A DNA stretch of 64,000 nucleotides from Podarcis melisellensis (GCA_964234715.1 OZ174276.1), one strand, 5' to 3'; positions 38,449 to 51,588 are shown, counted from the stretch's first letter. Notes: generated by a model from the letters alone, not told the origin. Translations and numbers: made by a program.

Positions 38449-39257
38449 CATGTTTAAATGCACTTGCTTTTATTTTTAGAGTGACACTTGAATTAGCCTG
38501 TCCCGTACCAACAGCATGATAGGGTGGTGGTCCAGTTTGGGGCGTTCTTGGTGAAAACAGATGATTTAGTCCAGACTCTTTACAAACTAGGTTTGGGCTT
38601 GGGTTTGGCAATAAAACAGCCTTGGTTGCCCTCATGAATGACATATGTCTGGACAAAGACGGAGAAGTGTGTCTCTGCAGTTTTGATACCATTGACCATG
38701 GTATCCTACTGGGCTATCTCTGTGGATTGCGGGGACAGAGGATGAATTTGTTTTGAATGGATTTCTACACAGAATCTGGCAGTTTTGAATCAGTCAAGCT
38801 TTCCCTGCATCAGGCCATCTGTTGCACTGAGTGCCTCCTTATGTCCGAACCACTCATGCGTCGTGTTTCTATGTGTGCATCGTAATTCCTTATATGCAAT
38901 CAATATGCAAGATGATGCGCAAAAATAAGTATCTACGTATGCATCTATTTCTGTGTTGCTTATTTAAGAGTGTATATGCATATTATATTACATGTATAAT
39001 ATGTTAGAATTGTTTGTATTTTTAGTGGAACCAATAAAAAAAAACCTCACTTCTTGTCAAGATCAAGAGATCAAGATAGGGGAGGTTTGCATTGTGATTT
39101 GCAGAAAGATCTGTTTCCAGAAGGCATAAAGATATTGTGGGTTTGCAGAGTTGGTTAAAGAACATACCAGTGATGGGTTCTGCTCAATTCCATTCTACCC
39201 ATACGATGGCATCCATCTAGGTTCTGTTTTAACTCCTTTGCTTTCTAACATCTCTTT

Positions 39258-39540
39258 CAGGCTAAGGAACCTTTTTCAGCCACATGCTCTTCTGGGTGAT
39301 CTTCCAAGGACCACATGCCAGTGGTGGGTGGGGCCAGAAGCAAAAGTGGGTGGAACAATGAATGCATACTTTAGCTTTGTAGACTATACACACTCACATA
39401 CCCTACTCTGTCCTCCATCCAGAAAGAGGCGAAATCAGAGTTCAAGGACATACCTCAACCAGGCTATCATACTTGAGGTTAGGTTCGTGACATGGGGAGA
39501 GTTCTGGTTGCCAGCAGGGTTTGAGGTTCCTCTCTGCTGA
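39258..39540. mobile_element. hAT-like non-autonomous element nested in L2
   Basis: CAGGCTAAGGAACCT...AGGTTCCTCTCTGCTG imperfect TIRs. Confidence 0.6.
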
Positions 39541-40251
39541 TCTCGGTGAAGCTTTTGAGTGAGTTCACTTGAGGGTTTGTAGAACGGGTACCATCAGTAT
39601 GCTGATGACACTGAACTCTATTCTCTTCATTATTCGAGTCAAGTGAGGCTATGTGAGTGCTGAATCAGTGGACTGCTTGAAGATTGATAAATGGATGGGA
39701 TGGAGGCAGTATTGGTAGATAGTTTTCATGTCCAGGAAACTGTCTTTCAGCCTGTTCTAGACAGTGTTGCACCAGACAGATCAGGTATGAAATGTGGTGT
39801 TACTGATTTTGGCCCAGGTGCCTTAGCTCCTCGGGACACCTTTTGGCTTATTTTCCAGCTTCTGCCATTCCTACTTAGGTATAGCAATGGCATGGAAATA
39901 CATTCTCTGGTAGCCTTTGGGTGGGAATACTTTGGGTGGGAATACTGTAATGAGTCAAATATGGGGCTCTTAAAGACATTGTTGGTTTTGTTCTGTATTT
40001 CAAGCTTTTGTTTTTTTTCTCAGTTTCTTTCCCCCCTACTCTTAAATCTACTTTTCCTAAGTTCAGTTTTCCATAATTCCAAATCACTTTCCATTTTGTT
40101 TGTTTTGTTATATAAGTCCTAATGAACCTACAAGTTTACCCTTGAGTTTGCCTTACCCTAAATGTGCCCACTCAACTGGCCAATGAACTTAAGAAGCACA
40201 GTCTTGAAGCACAGAGCAGAAGCCAACTGAACTATTTACTATTACAACTCA

Positions 40252-40727
40252 TTGTTGTTCTTTAGTCGTTTAGTCATGTCCGACTCTTCATGACTCCTTG
40301 TAACCAGAGCACGCCCGGCACTCCTGTCTTCCACTGCCTCCCGCAGTGGGCTTTTCCAGGGAGTCTTCTCTTCTCATGAGGTGGGCAGAGTATTGGAGTC
40401 TCAGCTTCAGGATCTGTCCTTCCAGTGAGCACTCAGGGCTGATTTCCTTAAGGCTAGATAGGTTTGATCTTCTTGCAGTCCATGAGTCTCCTCCAGCACC
40501 ATAATTCAAAAGCATCAATTCTTTATGGTCCAGCTCTCACTTCCATACATCACTACTGGGAAAACCATGGCTTTAACTATATGGACCTTTGTTGGCAAGG
40601 TGATGTCTCTGCTTTTTAAGATGCTTTCTAGGATTGTTGTCATTTTTCTCCCAAGAAGCAGGCGTCTTTTAATTTTGTGACTGCTGTCATCACCTGCAGT
40701 GATCATGGAGCCCAAGAAAGTAAAATC
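40252..40727 (-). mobile_element. 5'-truncated Bov-B 3' fragment with internal deletions
   Basis: Homologous to 16911-17517 (GSMITA...SRDITLPTKV...MYGSESWTIK); (CAA)n tail at 40252. Confidence 0.95.
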
Positions 40728-43299
40728 ATTTAACTGCTTAGAACAGCAGAATTGGCAGTTCTACAGATGCCACATTATACCCGTTCCACTTTTGTAAGAA
40801 CTCAGTCATTTAGTGTGGCAGCACCTGCACTTTAGAACTCTCTGCCTGTTGAGATCAAGCAGATGCCTTCACTGTACTCCTATCCGTCACCTGCTAAAAA
40901 CATTCCTGTTTAGACAAGCCTACCCAGATGCTTAGAAAGTTGAGATTCTGTTTTAGTAGCATAACTTTTGCATGTTTTCCTGTATGGTTGTAATTTTTTC
41001 TTGATTTTACTGTTTTATCTTTTGTAAACTGCTTTGAGGGGGGGGATTTGCAATCAAGGGGTGTATAAATTTTATTAAATAAATGAATGAATGAAAACTC
41101 AGCATTTAAATGTAAACTTATAGGCCATCTATGCATATTTGCCATCAGCTGTAGTTTTAGAGTGTTGGCTGACGAAGTGAGTTGCCTCAGAATGAAGTGA
41201 GACGCAGAAAGAAAAATCCATACTTCTGTTGTTTTAGAGTTTGGGTACAATTCTAAAGATCAATTTTAATGTCTATGTCCAACCTAATGGGTAATCCTGA
41301 TTGTGTGTCAATAATTTTGTTATTTCACCGTATGTATTAATGACTTTTGTAAGCTGCTATCAGCTAGCATTCAAGACATTAATATTAGAAATAAATATAT
41401 AAAACAATTTCAGTTTTTTGGGTGAGACTGTGGATGACAGTGCATTTCAAAAAATCTGAAGGAGTTCTGATATTGGTTAAAGATTGCAACCCATGTAAAT
41501 TTTAGGAAATGTCCTAGTATATATTGTGTAATTCCCGTACAATTTGATGTTGAGATAAATGCTTGGGGAGAATCCCAAGACATTTATTTTCTGCATTTTA
41601 AAAGCTGGTAATCTGCTTTATAGAATATATGAAATATATTTCACTCGGAAAAGTTCAGAGACCTCAAACAGTATCATTGAATAGTCTGAGGCAAACACCT
41701 ATATTTTCACGAGCTGAATAATCATGCCAGAATATAATTGGAAACATAATTTTTCATTACTTTTGTAATATAATCTCTTCGTGCACTTGTGACCTCTGTG
41801 TCATGGTGATAATACTCCTGTTTCTTCAACGAGTAATTGAATAATGATGAAATTTTTGTTCCCCTCTAAGGTATTATAGTGCAGACTCAGTTATACAAAT
41901 GGAACAGGAATACAAGCTTTGCCTTTTTTAAAAAAAAAACTCCTGCAAAAGTACTGTACCTGACTGAGTTTAAATGGCAAGATTATTAATACTCCAACTC
42001 AAATTCACATTATGGCTCTTTTTCTAAGATAAGATGCAAGAATTCTGCAACAGGGGAGTGCTGCCTTAAAGCCTTACTAAATCTCCACATGCACCCCTTT
42101 TAAACCCCGACATTTAAGTACAATTAACACTAACAATGCTCTCTGCATTTTCCCTGGATGTGGCTTTCCCCTTTGTTTAATGACTTTCACTGAAAAGTTT
42201 ATATGACTGTTGAGATTTCCAGTGCACGAAAGCATCAGTTTGTAGTGGATTAAAAGATGTGAAAGGCAGTAAGAACTGCTGGGACTTAACAGTCCACAAA
42301 TTTATTTCTCTTCAGCCCACAGACATCCAATACATACATACTTACATACATATTTAAAATCTCATATTGTTATTTTTTGTAGTGCAACGAAAGTCATGGA
42401 AGTGTCAAATATATTAGGCACATTAGCCAGTTCTTACAGAACACTGCAATTTGGCTAACACAACTGGTTTTTAACATAGTTGTTTCTTTGAATAAACCTA
42501 ATCATTTAAACTAGCCTCGGGCATGAAATATAAAGGAAATGGCATATTTCCACCCCTGTACTGTAGCCAGGCATTAAGGTTCATGGAGAGTTGTTGGGCT
42601 AACATGGCAACATTAGTTTTGGGGTTGTTTTTTTTAAAGAAAACCTGTTTTGATCTCCAAATGAAGATAATTCTTATAATGCTGAGCTGCATAAGTACCC
42701 GGAGGAAGACCTGTTTCCTGGCTGCCTTTCATATGATCTTTATTGTATATCTATGATTGTGTCACCAGGCAGAATTTAGTAATACCATTGATTGTTCATG
42801 CTGGTGGAGAAATAGGAAAGGTGCTTTCATCTGTTAGGGGCTGGATGGAGCGAGCGAAGGTGAGGTACATTTCAAAATGTCTGAGGAGAGGAAAGAAGAA
42901 GCAAAGCAAGCAAATGAAAACCCACAAATACATATGAACACTGAGGAAATCTACCATATGCCTATGGGTGAAAGAGCTGTGGCTATTATCTGTGAAGGAG
43001 CTGTAGTTGTAAAGCATGTGATTTCTCTGTGGAGCTCGGTCTAAGGTTTAAGAAAGCTTGAGTAGGTCTGTTGATGGGATTAATGTGTGCACTTTAAAAT
43101 TCTGGTATTTGACTGACTGAACCATTGCTGTGCTTGAGAGTATTGCTTTACGGCAATTATTCATTTATTTATTTTTCTAAATTTGAGAATGAATTTGCAT
43201 ACACATGTAGATTATTTTCCTTTTGTAGTCAGAGATGCTATCCAGGTCACTGGAATTCCAGTGCAGATATAGTAATTAACAGAATATTATGTTAGGATC

Positions 43300-43452
43300 A
43301 TAGAAAATAACCTTATTCTAAGTTAGAGCCATTGATCCATCTATCTCAGTTATTGCTACATTGACTGGCAGAGGCTTCCCAGTCTTTCAGGCAGGTGGCC
43401 TTCCCAGACCAAGATGGAGATTCCAGGGATTGAACCTGATACCTTCTGCATG
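43300..43452 (-). mobile_element. tRNA-derived SINE (family of 36298)
   Basis: CCATCTATCTCAGT...TGACTGGCAGAGGCT...GGAGATTCCAGGGATTGAACCTG...CTTCTGCATGCA. Confidence 0.75.
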
Positions 43453-45555
43453 CACCTTTGGGTCTTGTTTGAACTCCTTCTGGGTCCAGTTGGAACTGCC
43501 TGGAATAACCTCTATGTCTACCATTTCCCCATTTCCCACATTTAAGATGAGACTCCTCTCATTGGCAAGATAAAGTAGATTTTGGAACACACCAACTCTA
43601 CTTATTGAAACCAGAGCAAGAACAGCACTCCCAAAGAAATAAGATTACTTGATTGCTAGCTGGCACAGTGTGTAATTTTCTAATTCTAAGTATAGTTTTT
43701 TTACCGAGCCTGAATTGAAGAGTGAATAATTTTTTATGGCCATGAGGGAGCATCAATCTTCCTTCCATTAAAAAGTTCATGTGACAGGTAATATGCTTTT
43801 CATGTGGTGAATCCTATAATTAAATTATTTGTGTATTCATGTTGTTTTAACAGATTAAAGGTTCTGTGTGGAAGACTTAAGTGTACTGTTCATTTGAGGC
43901 TGGACAAGAACTTCTAACTTTTGGCAGCTGAAGATGTTGTTACTATGGAAACAGATGTTCCTGCTTTCCTTTGTTGGCTGCCTTGGAGGTGAGGATATAT
44001 GTTTATCTATAATTTCTAAATTAGAGCTGCAACTGAATCATTCCTTTCAAAATAAAATGTTGCAACAGCAAAGCTAAACTTTTCAGTCCATTAAAAATAA
44101 GTGCATTATAAATTTGGAACATTAATGGAGTATAAAAACAACTTCATTTTCCTGTGTTGGTTATTACATGCAGCTTGCAGACACAGACATTCAAAAGAAG
44201 GAGGGCCATTCCCTAAAAGTCACAAAGAAAAATATGTGGTGGTGATAAACCTAGATGCGTGCATTAAAATGAACACCGATATGCTGAATAAATAAGAATG
44301 TATATTTAAAATATGACATCCAATGCAAAGCAGACAAATCAGCATAAATACCCAAGTGGTACAGCAGCAACAAAATTGTTTGAAAGTTTGGCAAAGGCTT
44401 TCACCATTACAAAATGATTTCTGCACAGCTCAGTGGTGGCTCGATCTATCCATTTTGAGAATTCTTAACCATGAGCAAAACCGGAGTATCCTTCACTGAT
44501 GGTATGATGTTTCTAAAAAGCTTATGGAATAAAGAGCTGGGTGGAATTTAGTGCACTCAGGGTGCAGGGTCTAGAAGCAATAATCCACTCAAGGAGCAAC
44601 TTTATTTTCGTTTTGGAGCAGTAAGAGTAGTGTGGCATAGAGCAGGGATTCTGTCATTGAGCAGCACTCCAGTTGGCTGATGTTCCAGTCCTGCCCAGTT
44701 GCCAGGTCCACTAGCACAGGCCAATCTGATGAGCCCCATAGGCAACCTGGGGTGCTGTGGCCCAGCAGCAACCCTATCCAGCTGAGCTTTTGTGCAGACA
44801 TCACCTTGCCAAGATCCAAGAAGGAGACCCACCCAAAGGGAAGCAGGGTGCACCCCCACCTGCTCACCCCTATCATATTACATACATATACATTCTCAAG
44901 TTTCCTAATTTAATCAGCACATAAACCAGTACATACAGCAGTGCATATCACTGTGTAAAAAAGTTGTGTTATCTATAGTATAAAACTATTCAGCAGAAAT
45001 ACAGTGCCACATGGAGTTTGACTCTATCACATGTATTAACCATATCTTTGCATATAATTTTGCATATTGTTTGCTTTTTTGTGGGTGGGGGGAGAGAAAT
45101 CAACTAAGAAAAAGGCTAAGATATAAGCCAGTGCTCAATGGAAGAAGTGGACTGAAGTAAGCAAAGATTGATCAGGTTGAAACCACCAAATATCATGTAT
45201 AAATACAATTAAAACAGACTCCTTCTCTGTTGCTAGTAAGGAACCACTGAATTTCATTGAGAAAGCTGTCTCCAGATGATTTATTTAACGTTGCATGAGG
45301 TCTTCAAGAAATAACAAAGGTATAAAAACGAAACCATACAGAGCTGTTGCAAACACTGCCTTGTGCACTAAACTACTGTGCATCGTACAGTGAAGGGAGA
45401 TGAAATACACCTTCTCAGACATCGCAAGCTGAACTCAAGTTATGAAAGGCCACATATATACACTTCATTCATATGAGGACAACAATCCTGCGATCACTAA
45501 AAATAGATGGAGATGATGTACCGTGCTTATAAAAAGCAGTTCAATTCCAACAGTT

Positions 45556-45704
45556 CATATAATCATAGAATTGTAGAGTTGGAAGAGACTCCAAGACCCA
45601 TCTAGTCCAACCCCCTGCAATGTCCACAACAACCCCTGGTTTGGCTCGAACCACCACCCTTCTGGTTAACAGCAAGATGCACCAAGCCATTATGTCACTG
45701 GGGG
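45556..45704 (-). mobile_element. tRNA-Asn(GTT)-headed SINE/chimera with CR1 3' tail
   Basis: Minus strand GCTGTTAACCAGAAGGGTGGTGGTTCGAGCC matches the tRNA-Asn anticodon and T arms, followed by CATTGCAGGGGGTTGGACTAGATG...CTTCCAACTCTACAATTCTATGATT. Confidence 0.82.
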
Positions 45705-45832
45705 CTCTGAGCTCTGTTTGAACTCATGCTGCAGTGCCTTAGTGTCCACATCCATCAAGTTATGGGACTTAAGCTTTTCAATAGCAAACACTTTGTCAAC
45801 ATGAAGTTGGTGATATCTAAATACGAGGAGGA

Positions 45833-45990
45833 CAGTAGAGCACATGTTTTGCTTGTGAAGGGTTCCAGGTTCGGTCCTTGACATCTCCAGGTAGAACTGG
45901 GAAAGACAGCTGCCTAAAACCCTGGAGAGTCACTGCCAGTTGGTGTGAACAGTACTGAGCTAGGTGAACCAATGGTCTGATTTGGGATGG
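45833..45990 (+). mobile_element. tRNA-derived SINE (family of 36298)
   Basis: GTAGAGCACATG...CCAGGTTCGGTCC...CATCTCCAGGTAG...CCCTGGAGAGTCACTGCCAGT. Confidence 0.8.
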
Positions 45991-47021
45991 CATATTCCAT
46001 CCCTATGGGTGGTTCTCCAACATTGTGTGAGCAGACTTTTCACTCACCTTTCACCCCCAGTTTGATAGAGAGTTGCTCGCAACACTTGCACCCTTACTGA
46101 TGCCATTCAGGTTCCCTGCTGTGTCTGACTTTACGGCATTGTTATACTTGCCTTTTGTCTGTGGCTTCATTCACTGAATGAGCAAAATGAAGGGAAGGGC
46201 TGTAGTTGTTGCAAGTAGTTACACCTGGGAGCTTCAGCAAGCCTAAGTACTTCTCTGTAGCGACAAGGGCAAAATGAGACCTTACTCATACACTTCCACA
46301 CATTGTTTAGCCACCAATTTGCTCTTTCTGTTTGTTCTAATTGTTCTCATAACAGTTCTTGCCCCTAAAGGATTTTGAAGGCTATGAGTGAGATTATAAA
46401 CATCTTGAAAGTGCAAAGGGTAAAAGAAAAGACAACGTTTCTCAATTTTCAATAAGTGGGAAAGTCCCTTGAGATGTAGGAAGGAGGGAACTGCTTGTAA
46501 AGCTGCGAGAAAGATCCTTATACAGCTCTTAGCTTTTATATCAGAAATACATTCTAGCTGTACTGGAAGTTTGACTGTATGGTGCATTTCATGGTGTCTG
46601 TTTCATCATGTTTGAATGTAAGCTTTTTGTGCAGGGTTTTTTAAAATGACAGGTCTAAGCTATTGGTTCTGCTTCTGAACATGTATTGCACATATTTTCT
46701 GGCTAATGTTTTCCCCATTTCGAATGAGAATAGTTTCAAGGAGAAAAAAAGATACGTGTTCTATTCTAAAACATTAAAAGGCTGCTGCAAACAGAAAATC
46801 ATTAATGGGATCTGGGCCAAAATTTTAGAAATTATAAAATGCGAAACTGCAGCTGAGTGAGAGTACTAAGATTGCACACATAATGGCTTGACTGTTAAGA
46901 ATAATCTGTGTTGAAGAGTGTACCTACTTGTTACAGATAGGTAGCCGTGTTGGTCTGCCATAGTCAAAACAAAAAAAATTCCTTCCAGTAGCACCTTAAA
47001 GACCAACTAAGTTAGTTCTTG

Positions 47022-47059
47022 GTATGAGCTTTCGTGTGCATGCACACTTCTTCAGATAC
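47022..47059 (-). ncRNA. Minimal type I hammerhead ribozyme (mirror copy)
   Basis: Exact reverse complement of 47075-47112. Confidence 0.85.
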
Positions 47060-47074
47060 ACTCAGATACACTGT

Positions 47075-47112
47075 GTATCTGAAGAAGTGTGCATGCACAC
47101 GAAAGCTCATAC
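47075..47112 (+). ncRNA. Minimal type I hammerhead ribozyme
   Basis: Stem I GTAT/ATAC, core CTGAAGA (47079-85), stem II GTGTG-CATG-CACAC, GAAA (47101-04), palindromic AGCT and a UC cleavage site. Confidence 0.85.
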
Positions 47113-50100
47113 CAAGAACTAACTTAGTTGGTCTTTAAGGTGCTACTGGAAGGATTTTTGTTTTGTTTTGTACCTACTTGGTTTAAGGTGTGGAGCAAGG
47201 CATTAGAAAGAAACTCTGAAAACTTGAATTCCGCCTCTGAAAACTTAAAACTTGGTTTAACTGTCTTGCTTGTTGTCATGCACCTGCGTTGTAGGAACAG
47301 TCTTTCAGATGGTGAAGGTAGCAAATACTGTGTCTCTCCCCACCCCCAAAGCAGGAGGGTTCAATCCTGCTAGGTGCAGGAGTTTGATTTGACCACCCAT
47401 TTCAAATAGGACTCCTGCAGGATTATACCATCTGAACACCAGTGATTTTTAATCTAATTGTATAGTTAATCTCATAATCTATTTGCATATTTCCTCAAAT
47501 TCATTCTGCCTTCAAATTGTGTGTGTATGTATATGTATGTATATGTATGTGCATATGTATGTGTATGTGCTAGTTTGCTTCACAATCTAGTTGGCATTCT
47601 TGTATAAAGGTATTATATTAATTATTGATATTGACATGAATTAAAACAGAATTATAAGATTTTTCTATTGAAAGTAAGCACTATAATTCATTGTAAGGAG
47701 GAATAGTCAACTTTCCTACACACTATGCAGTCTAAGTAGATTTTTAAAGAAAGGTTGAGATTGAAACACGCATTCATATGTTTAGGCCACATTTTATTAT
47801 TGGATATTAATCTTGTTTTTCATTAGGCACTGTTCCTTATGTAAATACAAGTAGTATATTTTCATGTCTCTCCAGTAATAAATCACATTTTTGTTTAGCA
47901 ACAATGCTCAAGTTATTTATAGTACAATGAATGAATTTCTGTAACTGAGAGAAAAGTTCTGTTTTGTCCAAGACAATTCTTCTGGGTATGAACATATAAA
48001 GTAATATGAATTAATTGCCCTTTGACCATCCTATTGATATCACTTGTATATTTGTCAAAGAAGAATAAATGGACATATTTTTGCACCTTTCAAAGAATGC
48101 TTCTCAGTAAAGCACATAATAGATCATGAGTAGATAATCAAGGGATTAATAGTTTTAAAAAATCAGTTAAGATAGAAGGTAAGGGCATTATATTGTATAT
48201 GCAGCTCTGGACTGCTAATGCTTTCATATACCAGGCAATTGATAGATACTTTCTCTTGGTTTTAAAATCTTGATCGTTCTCCTAGGGAGTGTAAGAAGTT
48301 TTCTGCAGCTCCCAATATTTGCTTTTCCCTTCCCTGCCCATTTTGTGGATTTGACGTAAGAGGGAAATTGGAGAGAAATAATACACGTGTGATAGTGACA
48401 CATCATCTGTCTTACCCAGCTTCCCTGCCAAATCCTCAAGATACCTGGGAGTGTTTGAAGAGCAACTATGGCTCATAGTGGAGGCAGTTTCTAATACGCA
48501 AACTCATGTACGTGTGCACATTTTATGTAAGGAATGATTCAGAACCCTGATTTTATGTTGCAGGACAGTTGAACCCTGCTTTCATCATTTCTGTGGACCT
48601 TTCTAGGATATTAATGGATATTAAATTATACCTCTTGTTATAATTGCCCCACACTGTGCCATGAGAAACCTGCAATTAAGAGGATGTGCTGCTCCAGTTT
48701 CCAATAGGACTTTTCACTATATTATTTTAAACTACCTCATTCATTTAAGGTGCTGCTTTAAGTTTGCTGCTTTCTAAATAAACATTGCGAAAGTGCCTAA
48801 TCTCAAGGCCTCTTTTGGTGAGCTGCATTTGCTTACAGAAGACGATTCTTTCTAATACTGAACCTAGGCTGGATCAAAGAAGTGTTTCAGTTACACACGT
48901 TGCAAACTTTGTATGAGAAATCGGGTTGGCAAAAACAGAACTCCCCTGCACCATCTGGTGTCACAGTGTTATAATGCATATATAATATATATAAAGTGTT
49001 TTTTTCTTTGCCAATGTAGCTGAGTCCTTATAGACATGGACCAAATACTAGACTAGTTTTCCTCAAGTCTGGTTTTCCCATTGTACTTAGCCGTTGTAAC
49101 ATTGCTGTATGAATCCTTTGGTGTGATTCATTATTTGCTATTTACCATAAATCATTTCTATCCTATATTTCTATATTTAAAAGTAGGAAAGGCAGAAAAC
49201 TATGCTACAGTCTCAGATTGAATTAAGGTGTGAATACAGCCACCTGATCTGGTTCTTGGGAGTCAGTGCACACTACCATAATGGGGGAGCAGGGAGCACA
49301 CACACATACTCAGGCAACGTGGCAAGAGATGTGCTTCCCAGCTGCTCCAAGAATGAGTAAATGTAAAGGCAGTCTGCTTGTAGAAAATTGGTTAAGGATA
49401 AAAAAAATGATGATAACTTGTCCAGTCTACACACCTACCTGGGAGAGATAGATCAGGTGAATTCAAACACACAAAAAACAGAGCCCCCTAATTCCTCTAC
49501 AGCCCTAATGTGGACCATTGCTTTCCAGAGCAGTCTCACATCAACTTGCTTCAGAATGGCACGACCAGTATTGGGCTCGTTATTATCCAAGGAGAACTTT
49601 ATGAATTCAGAGTTTGCTTGGTTTTTTTTGGGGGGGGGGTAAAAACTGTTTTCCAGTGTTTTTAGTACTGGGGTGAAACCGACGAGTTCTGCTCTTGGCT
49701 CTCCAAACACATACATAATTTTATTTGTAGACTGCCTTTCCTTAGTTAAAGCCATGCTCAAGACGGCTAACAACATGTAAAAAATTGCTAAATTACAAAC
49801 AAAACGAAATTAGTAAGAAACAATGAATAAAATTTTAAAAGTATGCAAAGTTACCACACAACTCATAAGGAGATCTAAAATAAAGATACAAAATATTAAT
49901 CTAAAGAACAATTACACCCCTAAACAGCCCAAATGTCTGTTTAGCAGCCTCCACTTTTGTAGCTGGAGTCAGTCATGGCCTCAGCCACCCAGGCCAGGTA
50001 AGAAAAAGCCTGCAAAGCAGGGTCACAGCTAAGGTGGTCTCTGCCCATCCTATTCTGCCGAGTTGTTTGCTGGCATGATCTAGGGAAGGACTCTTGAGGA

Positions 50101-51588
50101 AGTTTTTGTCCATCTATTGTAGGGCTTTATGCCTCCAAATAAAATATGCAATAAATTGTGCCTTTTTGAGGTCATATTTAAAGAAGCTTATTTGAGGTCT
50201 TGTTTTTGTTGTCATGGGATAATTACAATTCTCAGGATTAAGAATAAGCCGCAAAGGCAATTTATTCTAGCTGTATTATATTGGGATTCTGAATTCACTG
50301 GGATAGAAATAGCTTTGCAGAATTGTTGTTCTTCTAATATGCCAACTCAACTTTAGAGATGATGGTATAATGAATCAAAATGTGTAAGAATGGCTTAGTG
50401 GCAATTACATAATGTAATAGCAGATCTTATGTAATTCACCATTAACAGAAAGACATACATGTTTGGGAGTTTAAGAGCAAAATGTATAACTTGTGAGGAA
50501 GAGAGCAGCTGGGGGATCTTCAGCAGTAGGATTAGATCACTAGCTTGAAATTCACAAATGTACTGTGAGCTAAAATGTTCTGTTTTCTTAACTCACCTGC
50601 TTCAAAGTTACATTAAACAGTTAAATGTTTAAGTAACTTGCACAGTAAAAGTAGAATATATTTCCAATGTTCTGGTCCCTTCAGGACTCAAGTTCATTTC
50701 CCTGCCCTTTTGGGAATCAAGCTTCCCCTTCAGAGATGCATCACAAATTAGACTATATAAATTGCTACTGGAGTCTATAATGAAAATGTTTTATGAGGTC
50801 TTCATAAATAAGGTTTTATTATCTATTGAGAGCAGTGAAGTCCCTTCCAGTATTCATATAACACTGTACTAGTCATAGCTGGTAATACAAGCCTATTAAT
50901 CAGATTAGCCTTGGTATGAAATGCATAATTTACAGTGACTAATATAATGCCAAGAAAATGAGCCACAAGCATTTGAGGTACAAGAGATTTAATTTGAATA
51001 ATATTGTCTCTTGCAGATGGTAATTTTAATTAATACTTTTTACAAATTATGCATTGATAAAAACATTTTAGGTTATTAATTCATTGTCAGTTTCAATAAT
51101 AAAATATGGCTTGTAGAAAACTTTGTGAGTAGTGGTGGTGGAAATGAGGCAGATAAAATCAAAACTCCTAAAACAAATGAAGACTGCAATCCTGTTACAC
51201 ATTTATCAGGGACTAAGCCCCATTGGACTTTATTTTAAGTAAACATGCAAACAATTGTTTGTCAGATTGTGCTCCAAAAGTAGCATGAAGGATTAAACAA
51301 CTAACATTTTCAGCTTCAGTTTTACCCAGACAGGTGATGACCATTTTAGGCACATCTAACTGACCCGCAATCACCGATGCTCAGGTCTTTTTGGACCTGG
51401 AGGAAGGAAGAATCAGAAAGTGTAGTGGGGCAGGGCGTGCTTATGCGTGCTCCACCAATGGGGGGGGGGGGCGGAAACGGAACCCCTGTGCAAAATGGTC
51501 ACCACCTGTACTGAAGAACAGTTCCAATACTATTTTCTGTATGCTTACATGATGTTAGGCCAGTATGTGTTTTAGAGTATTCAGATTA

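Larger units (their letters stand above)
38600..41085 (+). mobile_element. Old fragmented L2 element, interrupted by younger insertions
   Basis: Collinear RT motifs TALVAL/FDTIDHGILL (38615-38712), GSVLTPLLSNI (39220-39253), HQYADDTELY (39592-39621), and an L2 3' end (40800-41085). Confidence 0.7.
46931..47168. mobile_element. Penelope-like element remnant arranged as an inverted repeat
   Basis: Perfect 82-bp arms at 46980-47061 and 47073-47154. TSD (TG)TACCTACTTG at 46919-46930 and 47169-47180. Contains a hammerhead motif. Confidence 0.85.

Noticed and set aside
44726-44755. CTGATGAG followed by a CCCCA/TGGGG stem
   Set aside because: No GAAA after the stem, so it is not a hammerhead.
51334-51363. 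C/D-box snoRNA-like GTGATGA...CTGA
   Set aside because: Boxes too close together and no recognisable guide sequence.
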